A stretch of 63,983 bases of DNA, counting the filler, from Octopus bimaculoides (Eukaryota), in the NCBI RefSeq assembly GCF_001194135.2. It is 5 parts of 5 records of this genome, joined end to end, with 100 filler letters (N's around TTAATTAATTAA, not from the genome) between each part and the next. Parts side by side here need not be neighbours in the genome. Positions count along the whole stretch, not along the records: positions 1 to 17,997 come from NC_068993.1; 4 more parts are not named here. One strand, 5' to 3'. Below, one piece after another: positions 1 through 11,699 of this stretch (position 1 is the first letter of the stretch; each line of letters starts with the position of its first letter). A model generated the notes under the pieces. It was not told the DNA's origin. It did not search any database and worked only from the letters and a program-made list of their open reading frames with translations. The translations under genes were made by a program, and so were the position numbers.

Positions 1-259
1 ATAATAAATTTAATGACCATCCCGAAATATGTGACTGCGTGTGTATCATTTGCGATTTTCTTTCTCCGTCCTCCCTTCTTTGGATTTATTCTATATTTCT
101 GTTGAAGAGCTCCGCTCGAAACGTGAAATCCTCTTTCTTTTCTTTCCTTTCCTTTCCTGAGCGTCCAATAACACAATACTTGTTCCACGTCCTCTCGTTG
201 TTGTTTTTTTCTTGCTTGTTCTTGTTTGGATTGACTATATATATATATATATATATATA
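1..259 (+). mobile_element. Penelope-like element pseudo-LTR / 3' end with minimal hammerhead-like motif
   Basis: ATTTCTGTTGAAGAGCTCCGCTCGAAACGTGAAAT at 95-129, then a pyrimidine-rich stretch ending in GAC-(TA)n. Same layout as 44730-44915, which follows a GIY-YIG ORF fragment. Confidence 0.5.
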
Positions 260-454
260 CTTCAGAGTAAATATAAATGCATGATGGGCATCGGCATATT
301 TATATTTACTCTGAAGGATCTTGCGATTAAAAGAAAACTTTGGGCGATCATGAAATATTGGCTTTTGTTTTATGCACAAGGATATGAGGATACATTACAA
401 TGAGGTGGAGTATGTGACATTTTATAACCTTCATGCTCCGATGTTAGACGTTGA

Positions 455-654
455 TCTCAAATTTTGGCACAAGGCCAGCAATTTCGGGGATGGGGTAAGT
501 CAACTGTAACGACCCCAGCACTCAACAGGTACTCATTTTATGGACTCCGAAGGACGAAAGGCAAAGTCGACCTCGGCGGAATTTGAACGCAGAACGTGAA
601 TACGGACGAAATGCCGCTGAGCATTTCACCCATGGTGGTAACGATTCTGCCAGC
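455..654 (-). mobile_element. SINE family A (abundant octopus-type SINE)
   Basis: Reverse complement has GCTGGCAGAATCGTTA..AAATGCTCAGCGGCATTTCGTCC..GTTCAAATTCCGCCGAGGTCGACTTTGCCTTTCGTCC core; at least 12 homologues in the window. Confidence 0.85.
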
Positions 655-1038
655 CTTTCTGAAATGAAACAATTGCTTCGAGAATTTCGTTCAAAAGACT
701 CTCTATGTTGTCTTACATAATCGATTCAACATCATTCCTCAGTGTCATTGGTAAGGTGTAAAAACTCAATAGCAAATCACACGCTTTATAGTAAAGAGAC
801 TGGATAATGAAATTGTATTTCATTTCTTTTCCAAGTGGTGTACAGGAGAACAAAAATCCGTTAAAAATAATCCGTAATTCAATCATGACTCCTGCTTATT
901 TCAGTATCCTTTGTATGTATCCTAAATATCCACTACCCATTTAAATAAAAATCAATACGTAACAGAATTATAGAAATGGTTTTGGAATATATGTAAAGCC
1001 TTAGTGCAACTAAATACCTACTTTCTCTCTTTTCCCAC

Positions 1039-1095
<57 letters not shown>

Positions 1096-1178
1096 GATAA
1101 TTAGAAAAATAAGTTACTAACATTGAATAGTTGTTTGTAGGTTTTAGTTCTCTTTTTTCTTTTTCTTTGGGTTTCAAG

Positions 1179-1241
1179 CGCATAAAGATTTTGTCTTGCA
1201 CCTAAACAGCCCAAAATTTATCCCAGTTTCCGTAGAAGGAG
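1179..1241 (+). CDS. Candidate 63-bp symmetric phase-1 internal exon, product unknown
   Basis: Long pyrimidine tract ending TTTCAAG, one open frame (xHKDFVLHLNSPKFIPVSVEG), donor GAG|GTAAGT. No recognisable homology. Confidence 0.3.
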
Positions 1242-1748
1242 GTAAGTGGTGAGGAGAAATATTTTCCCTTTTATTTGGCGGGGGCTGCTTTCTATTAGTA
1301 TATTTCGACATCTAAGCCAGTCGGTACAGTTTGGGCTGAGTGGGACGTGAGATAGTGGGGGGTAGAATAGTAACTAAATTGATACAGCTACTCAGCACCC
1401 GCTACCCTCACTGCAACCTCTTAACTGTCTATAAATACACATGTGCACCAAATGCACTTGAATACGCGTGTAAAGAAAGAGAAAAAATAGAGTGAGTGAG
1501 AGAGAGATAGTGAAAGAGAGGAGAAGAAAGTGATAGAGAGAGAGACGAAGAAATGGAGAGAGGGAGGTACTTGTGTAGATACTTTCCCTATTTCATTTTA
1601 CCCTAACGTGTTAAGCCTTTAGAGATTTAAGTAAACCATTATAATAATGTTACGTATGGTATTTAGTAGTTGTTGCTGAGATATAGAGATGATAAAGATA
1701 ATTCCGTATCATCTTTACATTCTTTCTCACCTTCTTCTCCATCTACCT

Positions 1749-1798
<50 letters not shown>

Positions 1799-2438
1799 NN
1801 NNNNNNNNNNNNNNNNNNNNNNNNNNNNNNNNNNNNNNNNNNNNNNNNNATATATATATATATATATACGATTATCGGGGGTATATACATGCATTTGTAA
1901 ACATACACGATTCTACATTTATGTTTACACCGGCATAAGAACATTGTCGTTTATATTGTGCAGTTGCAAAAGAGTCAACTGCTTTATTACATAATACTTA
2001 TGTTTTACGATTTTTAGATGCTTTTAATTCGTTATCCATTATTCTTTTCCTGATATAAGTTCTTTTTGATATTTTCTACCTGAATAGACCGGTTTCATCA
2101 GCCATAGATATTTGCTTTCAAAAACAGAAACCTATTATTTTAGCTAATTTTGACACAGATTCTTATAGTTTTCTTATAGTTTGATCAGCTTTCTCCATGC
2201 AAGTAAACAGCTTTGATTTTAAAATTAGTAAGTCATGACTCACACCCTGGAAATCCATGTTGTAAGAGATTGGATGCTTCACTTTTTAATGTTGGTTTGA
2301 TTAAACATTTTTACTGCTCTTTGTCGCAAAACTGATTTCAGGCAATCCGTTTGGGGTTTTATTTTCTGTCACTTCTATCAAAAGTAATACATTCCTTTTT
2401 CACTATTGTCTCTATAATATGACTACGTAGGTTAATGA

Positions 2439-2629
2439 GGTGAGCTAGCAGAATTGTTACAGCGCCAGACAAAATGCTTAGCGGCATTTCGTCCGTCTTT
2501 ACGTTCTGAGTTCGACTTAGCCTTTCATCCTTTTGCGGTCGATAAAATAAGTACGAGTTGAGTGCTAGAGTCAATGTAATCGACTTTCCCCTCGAACTTG
2601 CTGACCTTGTATCAAACTTTGAAACCAAT
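2439..2629 (+). mobile_element. SINE family A, internally deleted
   Basis: GGTGAGCTAGCAGAATTGTTA..AAATGCTTAGCGGCATTTCGTCC..GCCTTTCATCC..GGTCGATAAAATAAGTAC; tail ends TTTGAAACCAAT. Confidence 0.85.
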
Positions 2630-2814
2630 ATTACTGCGTAGTTTTTGAAGTGCTTTGAAGATCCATCGATTATAGTGACTCGGCTCTGTTCCTTTGGTTT
2701 CTTTTAATTGTTCTAACAATAGCTTCGTTTGCAATTTCTGTTGAGCCCCTTCCATTTTGAATTTAATAAAATATTTTGATTGTTGTTTCAAGAAAAATTA
2801 ATATTCTTGCCTGA

Positions 2815-3545
2815 GGATCCGCAAGCACACCATAAGCAGCTGGTTCAAGGCACTGAGTGACGGGCGCTATCGTTGGAGAGATGATCAGGCCCTTAAGATC
2901 ATCAATGAGGCTATCTGCAAGGGAGTGGATGGCAACAAAAATGTAGGACTACGACCAGAAAGATAGCCTTCGTTGACAAAGGAGGAAAAAAAAAAAACAA
3001 GGATAGCTCCAATGGTTTATTTTCCACAGCACATGACAGGCTGATGTAAGTTGACTCGGAGAAGTAGCTAAAATTCCGAGCATGCATCATACATACATTG
3101 TTGAGATCAGATATCAATTTAGTTTCTTAAACACAACAAGGCAGTTAATCCTATTGGAATTAAATATGCCCTACCAAAAGAAGATGTAGCAGGTTCAAGA
3201 GATGACGAGAAGTAAAAGTAATTAGGGCAGGACTGCCGCAAGAAGTGGTGGAGAACGAGATGTTTGCCAGTGAAGGTTGGCAGTCGTGGATTCATGGATC
3301 GTTTCCCGAATAAGGCCTATGGAAACCTAGGCATTACAGGAATAAATACGACAGCCATCAAGAACAACATGGAGTATCTATATGATTCTGGTTGAAGAAA
3401 GGTGATCGGCGGGGTCAGCAGAATGGCGCTTGGAAACAGGTGCCAGTTTCAACAACCAAGGCGTTGGTCGTTTGGATGAGGGTCTATGCTGTAAGACCCA
3501 AAGCACCCTGTCACTCTAGGATGCAACATTGACTGACCATGTGTC
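2815..3545 (+). mobile_element. Decayed 3' end of a HERO-like REL-endonuclease non-LTR retrotransposon
   Basis: Broken frames give KALSDGRYRWRDDQALKIINEAI, LRSDI..RQLILLELNMP and WRTRCLPVKVGSRGF; 3' UTR AAGACCCAAAGCACCC..GTGTCC resembles HERO-type ends as I recall them. Confidence 0.7.
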
Positions 3546-3560
3546 CAACCACTGCGTCTC

Positions 3561-3944
3561 TAACCACTCTTTGTTAATGAAATTTGCATAAGATGGAATA
3601 ACCAAATATCTATAAACAATCTCTCCTGTTTGTCCATACATTTATACGACGATTTGTCTCCTCTTTACACACGTTATGACCATCATCACTCATTTAATTT
3701 TCGTCGTTATAGTCGCAGTTACATTCTTTAAAGTAGCGCTGTTACTGTACTAAGAGTACGCGTTCAATGTCTCGTGTATGACATTCCAAAGAATATGAAG
3801 AAATTGCAAATGAATCGTGTCATTGTCTCGGAGAAAAATGTGTGAATGATTAAGTCAAACGTCCCAAATTGGAATAGTTTAGTAAAGAAAATAGTTCTCA
3901 AATGGGAACGTATACACTACAGTTCCCAGAAAACTTTTCACCAT
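3561..3944 (+). repeat. Left arm of a ~384-bp near-identical inverted repeat (partner 10635-11018)
   Basis: Reverse complement matches 10635-11018 with only a few substitutions and one indel; both arms share the outer boundary TAACCACTCTTTGTTAATG. Confidence 0.92.
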
Positions 3945-4170
3945 ATCAAGGAGAATGCAAAGGAAATGGGAATAGTCAGTAGAACTGTTGCAAAAAGGTT
4001 GTCTCCTTGGCACAGCCAGAATCATCAGGAAAATATTAAATAAGTGAAAGAAAAGATAGAATAGTACCGTAGGCTGCAGGTAGCAAGCCCGCTACGCAAG
4101 CAATCTCCAGAAGTTCCGGCAAAACTTAAGTTAAAAGAATAATAATAGAGGTAACAACAACAGCAATAAT

Positions 4171-4385
4171 GGACCTTTTGCGTGAAATGGGCCGATAAAA
4201 ATTCTAACTGGGTCCCACCTGAGAGGTCATGCGCTGTTTATCTTGATATGAGATCATTATGTCGTGTACCTATAGTTGTGATGAATACCCGTCATGTACA
4301 CCGGTAGTCATGATGGATGAATTGGGCTTCGTATGTTTGTACCCCAGTGTTACTTTGATAGCATGCGCTGCTCTCCCATTCAATA
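4171..4385 (+). mobile_element. Non-coding AAT-tailed repeat (family E), 5'-truncated copy
   Basis: Homologous to ~55550-55786 (AAAATTCTAACTGGG..GAGGTCATGCGCTGTTTATCTT..ACCCCAGTGT..CTTTGAT.GCATGC.CTGCTC); both end at the same point before AAT/AAC tracts. Confidence 0.75.
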
Positions 4386-4424
4386 ACAACAATAACAACA
4401 ACAACAATGATAATAATAATAAAC

Positions 4425-5763
4425 TGATTAAACAAATTGAAAAGGAAATCTACTAGAGTTCAACGAAATCATGGAGAAGGATATGAAAGAACAACCGTGC
4501 GTGGAATATTTCCAAAGACTAAAATTGGTGTTGCGCTCAAAATTGATCAGATGGAATAAAATCCAAGCAGTTAATACATAAGTGATAGTATCACTTCGGT
4601 ATGGAGCTGGAATCATAAAATGGTAAAAGAAAGAACTGATGAACATGGATACGAAGACAAGAAACATATTGACAGTGCATGGAGCCTTCCACCCTAAGAG
4701 TGACACCGGTAGGCTGTACTTGTCTAGAAAAAAGGGTTGGAGAGTTTTGATCAGTTACCAAGATTGTATCGAAACAGAAGAAAACAGCTTAGGGTAGTAG
4801 GTAAAAAATATCTAGGAACTATTGTTGAAATATGTGAAGAAGTTCGGCATCATTAAAACTGATAATTGTGTAAAGAAAAAAAAACTTAAAGAGGAAAAGA
4901 ACTCAAAAAATGAAACAGCATGGAAGGAGAAAAATGTACGGTCAGCTTGCAAGAGATACGAACGCCAAGACAGATTCAGAAGACCGGTGGCTATGGATGA
5001 GGAAGAGTGGCTTGAAAATAGAGACAGAAGCACTTATATGCGCAGCTCAAGAACAAACATTAAAGACTATGTGAAGTGCAGAATCGATAAGACTACCGAC
5101 AGCGATAAAAGTAGAATGTGTGGTGAAAGGGGTGAAACGGTATGGCACATAGTTAGCGAATGCCCGAAATTGGCACAAATCAAATATGAAAGACATGACA
5201 ATGTGGCAAGAATAATCCATTGGGAGCTCTGTGGAAATCACAGCCTACAAAAAGCAAAAATGTGGTATGAACAAATCCATGAAGGAGTCACTGAGAATGA
5301 AAATTGAAAAATCCTGTAGGATGCAATGATTCAGAGCGATCACCTGATCAGACATTGGAAACCAGACATTGTTGTGGTGAATAAAAGAGAAAGAACATGC
5401 AATGTAATCCATATAGCATGTCCTGGTGACAACAAAATCAAAGAAAAAGGAGAAAAACTGAACAACTACGACGATTTGAAGTGGGAAATACGAAGATTGT
5501 GGTCAATAAAGAGAATAGACGTGATACCAATAGTAATTGGTGCACTTGGAAGTATCAGCACTCAATTCAACTACCAGCATGGCTCAAAAAGATTGGTACA
5601 AATGTAAAGATAGAACACCTACAAAAATCAGATTGCTTGGAACTGCAATTCTTCGCAGGGTTCTTGCAGCATGACCAGTAAACAGGCACCACTTTAGTCT
5701 GCTGGTTGTGAACAGCTGACACTTTCCATCATACCCAGCAAAATAAGCTGAGAATTTTCATCA
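4425..5763 (+). mobile_element. 5'-truncated R4/Dong-like non-LTR retrotransposon (RT C-terminus, CCHC knuckle, REL endonuclease, 3' UTR), pseudogenised
   Basis: EYFQRLKLVLRSKL, GAFHPKSDTGRLYLSRKKG, CRMCGERGETVWHIVSECPKLAQ..HDNVARIIHWELC, KPDIVVVNK..IACP..Y.DLKWEI..VIPIVIGALG; followed directly by (AAT)n. Confidence 0.88.
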
Positions 5764-5811
<48 letters not shown>

Positions 5812-5828
5812 TAATAATAATAATAATA

Positions 5829-5866
<38 letters not shown>

Positions 5867-6126
5867 NNNNNNNNNNNNNNNNNNNNNNNNNNNNNNNNNN
5901 NNNNNNNNNNNNNNNNNNNNNNNNNNNNNNNNNNNNNNNNNNNNNNNNNNNNNNNNNNNNNNNNNNNNNNNNNNNNNNNNNNNNNNNNNNNNNNNNNNNN
6001 NNNNNNNNNNNNNNNNNNNNNNNNNNNNNNNNNNNNNNNNNNNNNNNNNNNNNNNNNNNNNNNNNNNNNNNNNNNNNNNNNNNNNNNNNNNNNNNNNNNN
6101 NNNNNNNNNNNNNNNNNNNNNNNNNN

Positions 6127-6214
<88 letters not shown>

Positions 6215-6250
6215 TAATAATAATAAAAATGATGATGATGATGATGATAA
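5764..6250. repeat. (AAT)n microsatellite spanning an assembly gap
   Basis: Pure AAT runs on both sides of the N gap at 5867-6126. Confidence 0.95.
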
Positions 6251-6254
6251 TAAT

Positions 6255-6314
6255 AAGGACACAAAGGACTGCAAATTGTTAAAAACTAAGACAGAAAATT
6301 CAATGAAGTGTCGG

Positions 6315-6385
<71 letters not shown>

Positions 6386-6809
6386 CTGATACCAGCAGAG
6401 AACAAATCAGTACAACGAAAGAAAATTCTATAAACAACTGAACAATGAAGAGAAGCATACGGAAAATGATATGCTAGATGCTGAAGCAACAAGGAAATTC
6501 TGGGCAGAAATCTGGAGTAAAGAAGTCTAACGTATTATAAAATTAGATTAGCTGCGGGAATTTCAAAGAGAAATATAAATTTGAGTGACACAAGGAAATA
6601 TAACAATCATGGAGAAGAAAGTTAAAGAAATGACCAAGAAATTTCCAAACTGGAATGCCCTCGACCAGATGGCGTCCAGGGTTTCTGACTCAAGGATCTC
6701 CCAAGTATACACAATTATATATGACCGTTTTTTACAGACTGTACAGAAAATGGAACACCAACAGGTATGTAAAAAGGAAGGATAGTGCTAATACAGAAAG
6801 ACAAAAAGG

Positions 6810-6881
<72 letters not shown>

Positions 6882-7686
6882 NNNNNNNNNNNNNNNNNNN
6901 NNNNNNNNNNNNNNNNNNNNNNNNNNNNNNNNNNNNNNNNNNNNNNNNNNNNNNNNNNNNNNNNNNNNNNNNNNNNNNNNNNNNNNNNNNNNNNNNNNNN
7001 NNNNNNNNNNNNNNNNNNNNNNNNNNNNNNNNNNNNNNNNNNNNNNNNNNNNNNNNNNNNNNNNNNNNNNNNNNNNNNNNNNNNNNNNNNNNNNNNNNNN
7101 NNNNNNNNNNNNNNNNNNNNNNNNNNNNNNNNNNNNNNNNNNNNNNNNNNNNNNNNNNNNNNNNNNNNNNNNNNNNNNNNNNNNNNNNNNNNNNNNNNNN
7201 NNNNNNNNNNNNNNNNNNNNNNNNNNNNNNNNNNNNNNNNNNNNNNNNNNNNNNNNNNNNNNNNNNNNNNNNNNNNNNNNNNNNNNNNNNNNNNNNNNNN
7301 NNNNNNNNNNNNNNNNNNNNNNNNNNNNNNNNNNNNNNNNNNNNNNNNNNNNNNNNNNNNNNNNNNNNNNNNNNNNNNNNNNNNNNNNNNNNNNNNNNNN
7401 NNNNNNNNNNNNNNNNNNNNNNNNNNNNNNNNNNNNNNNNNNNNNNNNNNNNNNNNNNNNNNNNNNNNNNNNNNNNNNNNNNNNNNNNNNNNNNNNNNNN
7501 NNNNNNNNNNNNNNNNNNNNNNNNNNNNNNNNNNNNNNNNNNNNNNNNNNNNNNNNNNNNNNNNNNNNNNNNNNNNNNNNNNNNNNNNNNNNNNNNNNNN
7601 NNNNNNNNNNNNNNNNNNNNNNNNNNNNNNNNNNNNNNNNNNNNNNNNNNNNNNNNNNNNNNNNNNNNNNNGATAGAGAGATAGAG

Positions 7687-7762
<76 letters not shown>

Positions 7763-8533
7763 TACAGGAAGGTTTACGACAATGTCCCATACAGCTGTCC
7801 TTTGAAGTGCCTGAGGACGCTCGGAATCAATGAGAAGATAACTTTTTGGAGAAAGCAGTAATAGTGTGGGAAGTAGAAGTGACATGTACAAATAAATAGG
7901 TAACCCGAAAATACACAGGGGCATTTTCCAGGGAGACTCGCTCTTTCCGTTACTCTTCGTCATTGTATTAATCCTGCTGACAAGTATACTAAGAAAATCC
8001 AGGCCTGTCTTATGAGTTTACTAAAACCAAGAGGAGAATGATTCACCTACTTCACAGGAATGACCTCATGCTATATACAAAAAATTAACCCGACCTGGAT
8101 TCTTTAATCCAGACAGTGAGAGTATCCAGTAAAGATATTGGAATAGTTTGAGATAAATAAGTGTGCAGTACTAATTATGGAGAGAGGCTGGAAGGTTGAT
8201 TCTGATGGCATAAAATTACCACAAGACAAAATCATTAGATTGATGTGGAATAATGAGGGATAGGAATACTTAGAAGTGCTGCTAGATGATAAAATAGCGG
8301 AAGGACAAAAGAGAGAGAAAATCATTAAAGAGTACCAGAGGAGAATTAGGAAGGTGCTCGAAACAACATTAAATGGAAAAATCATCATTGAAGATATAAA
8401 TAGATGGCCTATGCCAGTACTAAGATACTCTGCTCCCTTTCTGAACTGGACAAAAGTTGAGTTACAGAACCTGGATACTAAAACTAGAAAGCTGGTCACA
8501 ATGCATGACGCACTCCACCCTAAAAGTATATGA
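6255..8533 (+). mobile_element. Second R4/Dong-like element (RT region, different subfamily), interrupted by (AAT)n, (AG)n, a gap and (GATA)n
   Basis: RTNQYNERKFY, NWNA..D..GFxLK, DYRKVYDNVP, GIFQGDSLFPLLFVIVLI, LDSLIQTVRV, EYQRRIRKVLETTLNGK..MPVLRYS..TMHDALHPKS. Confidence 0.85.
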
Positions 8534-8534
8534 A

Positions 8535-8650
8535 GAGCATCATTACACGCAAACACCACCAAGAGCATACTCTCAGTTGGAACTGCCGAGATCCAGGAAC
8601 TTGTCCACTCGACCAGCGATGTCTGAGTAAATCCGTAATATATGAAGAAG
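8535..8650 (+). mobile_element. Small Naiad-type Penelope-like fragment (Cys motif preceding GIY-YIG)
   Basis: Translates as NCRDPGTCPLDQRCLSKSVIYE, matching the recalled CNCR..CPL.G.CL...VIY motif. Confidence 0.5.
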
Positions 8651-8702
8651 GGTGCTAGATGATAACATAAGCTAAAAGAAGAGTTACTTATTTCTTCATT
8701 GC

Positions 8703-8908
8703 CTACAAGGGGCTAAACATAGAAGGGACAAACAAGAACAGACAAAGGGATTAAGTCGATTACATCGACCCCAGTGCATAACTGGTACTTAATTTATCGA
8801 CCCCGAAAGGATGAAAGGCAAAGGCAACCTCGGCGGAATTTGAACTCAGAACGTAACGGCAGAGGAAATACCGCAAAGCATTTCACCCGGCGTGCTAACG
8901 TTTCTGCC
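8703..8908 (-). mobile_element. SINE family A with the alternative 'TTTGTC..GCCCCTTG' tail
   Basis: Family A core on the minus strand; tail shared with 35792-36017. Confidence 0.85.
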
Positions 8909-9376
8909 TAAAAGAAGAGTTACATTGGGTTATGTGAAGGCAATTTCGAAAATTGCTATGCTAATCAGATATCTTCCTTCCGACACAGGGACAAAAGTTG
9001 ATTCTGAAGTCACTACTATATCTAATTATAGGTCATCTGGCTATTTTCTATTATCCAAACTTGTCACGCTGAATCTGCTCGACTATTTCGTCAAGGCTAC
9101 AAGTGTCTGAAATATAGAGCAGCTAATTCAATGAATTGTTACTCGAGTTTATCAAAGAAGTGCACGAACATATAATTCGTTGTTGACAAGAAAAGCTGCC
9201 GTAAATGTGTAAATATGATTTAGGGACTAAATCACTCTCTGTGAGGCTAAGGTTGCAAAAGGAGTGGGCGAGTATACGTTAAGAGCTCCAACCTCTGCTA
9301 TGATAAGTAGAGGAACGTCACCCCTCGTATGTATGTGAGTCAGTGTATGTGACTGTACATCTAAATAGACATACAT

Positions 9377-9419
<43 letters not shown>

Positions 9420-10634
9420 TATACAATTCTCTCTCTCTTTCTCCCTACACACACACACACACACACACACACACGTATGTTTATGTATTTGTTTTGCAAG
9501 ATTCCTGTCTTTCCACANNNNNNNNNNNNNNNNNNNNNNNNNNNNNNNNNNNNNNNNNNNNNNNNNNNNNNNNNNNNNNNNNNNNNNNNNNNNNNNNNNN
9601 NNNNNNNNNNNNNNNNNNNNNNNNNNNNNNNNNNNNNNNNNNNNNNNNNNNNNNNNNNNNNNNNNNNNNNNNNNNNNNNNNNNNNNNNNNNNNNNNNNNN
9701 NNNNNNNNNNNNNNNNNNNNNNNNNNNNNNNNNNNNNNNNNNNNNNNNNNNNNNNNNNNNNNNNNNNNNNNNNNNNNNNNNNNNNNNNNNNNNNNNNNNN
9801 NNNNNNNNNNNNNNNNNNNNNNNNNNNNNNNNNNNNNNNNNNNNNNNNNNNNNNNNNNNNNNNNNNNNNNNNNNNNNNNNNNNNNNNNNNNNNNNNNNNN
9901 NNNNNNNNNNNNNNNNNNNNNNNNNNNNNNNNNNNNNNNNNNNNNNNNNNNNNNNNNNNNNNNNNNNNNNNNNNNNNNNNNNNNNNNNNNNNNNNNNNNN
10001 NNNNNNNNNNNNNNNNNNNNNNNNNNNNNNNNNNNNNNNNNNNNNNNNNNNNNNNNNNNNNNNNNNNNNNNNNNNNNNNNNNNNNNNNNNNNNNNNNNNN
10101 NNNNNNNNNNNNNNNNNNNNNNNNNNNNNNNNNNNNNNNNNNNNNNNNNNNNNNNNNNNNNNNNNNNNNNNNNNNNNNNNNNNNNNNNNNNNNNNNNNNN
10201 NNNNNNNNNNNNNNNNNNNNNNNNNNNACACACACACACATTCATACATACATAAGTCGCACATATAAAGATGTATAGGTTTTTGTAAGCTATGTCCGGA
10301 GAAAGAGGCACTGTCATAACCTTTAGAATCTCTCCGATACAAATGTTATTGCAGCCGTTAACATGCTACTTAAAGCAACTATACATAAATATACAACACT
10401 GTACGTCTACAAGACATGGTATATCGAGACAACTACCACAGTTTATCAGGCTTTCAAAGATGCATCTACTCTAAGTATGATACATAAAATGCTACTTTGA
10501 ACTAATATTGACGAATAAACATGAACAATATCTTTCTTCATGTAGAGGTGTGCATTTGGACATGCAAAAACACATAAAAATGAACACATTTATATACGCT
10601 TATTCGCACCATGACACTATTAAGGCATTGGAAA

Positions 10635-11018
10635 ATGGTGCAAGGTTTTCTGGGAACTGTGGTGCATACGTTCCCATTTGAGAACTATTTACTTTACTAA
10701 ACTATTCCAATTTGGGACGTTTGACTTAATCATTCACACATTTTTCTCCGAGACAATGGCACGATTCATTTGCAATTTCTTCATATTCTTTGGAATGTCA
10801 TACACGAGACATTGAACGCGTACTCTTAGTACAGTAACAGCGCTACTTTAAAGAATGTAACTGTGACTATAACGACGAAAATTAAATGAGTGATGATGGT
10901 CATAACGTGTGTAAAGAGGAGACAAATCGTCGTATAAATGTATGGACAAACAGGAGAGATTGTTTATAGATATTTGGTTATTCCATCTTATGCAAATTTC
11001 ATTAACAAAGAGTGGTTA
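10635..11018 (-). repeat. Right arm of the ~384-bp inverted repeat (partner 3561-3944)
   Basis: Direct sequence comparison; a degenerate third copy of the terminal ~55 bp lies at ~11516-11570. Confidence 0.92.
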
Positions 11019-11119
11019 TTAGTGTTATAACATAAATTATATAAACAAATATATACAAACTGCATTATCAAATCTTCAGAGACGCCTAACTTTCATTGTT
11101 AATGTTACTAGATTAGTAA

Positions 11120-11334
11120 GGCGGCGAGCTGGCAGAAACGTTAGCACGCCGGGCGAAATGCTTAGCGGTATTTCATCTACCTTTACGTTCTGAGTTCAAA
11201 TTCTGCCGAGGTCGACTTTGCCCTTCATCCTTTCGGGGCCGATAAGTTAAGTACCAATTGCGTACTGGGATCATTCTAATCAACTGGCCCCTCCCCCAAA
11301 ATTTCGGGCCTTGTGTCTCGAGTAGAAAAGAATA
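11120..11334 (+). mobile_element. Full-length SINE family A with target-site duplication
   Basis: GGCGGCGAGCTGGCAGAAACG..AGTAGAAAAGAATA, flanked by TTACTAGATTAGT (11105-11117) and TTACCAGATTAGT (11335-11347), 12/13 identical. Confidence 0.92.
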
Positions 11335-11699
11335 TTACCAGATTAGTGACAATGTTGCTATCACCAGATAAACAAATATTTGAGTGACGGGTGTCAGTTT
11401 ATCTGGTGGTGGTTGCCATTTTCTCTGCTCCAGTAATATTACGAATGTTAGGCATCTCTGAAGATTTGACAATGCAATATGATTATTTGATTATATAATC
11501 TACATTATATAATTATTCTTTGTTAATGAAATGTGAGTAAGATGGAATAACTAAATATTTTATAAGTAATTTCTGTATATGTATACATAGTGTATGTCCT
11601 TGGTAACAAGTGCACTTGTCGCCAAGGAGTGCTTGCCAACCCAACCCCAAGAGCCAGTCACAAATCTGCCTGCAGGTTTTCCTGCATCATCCTCCGCGC

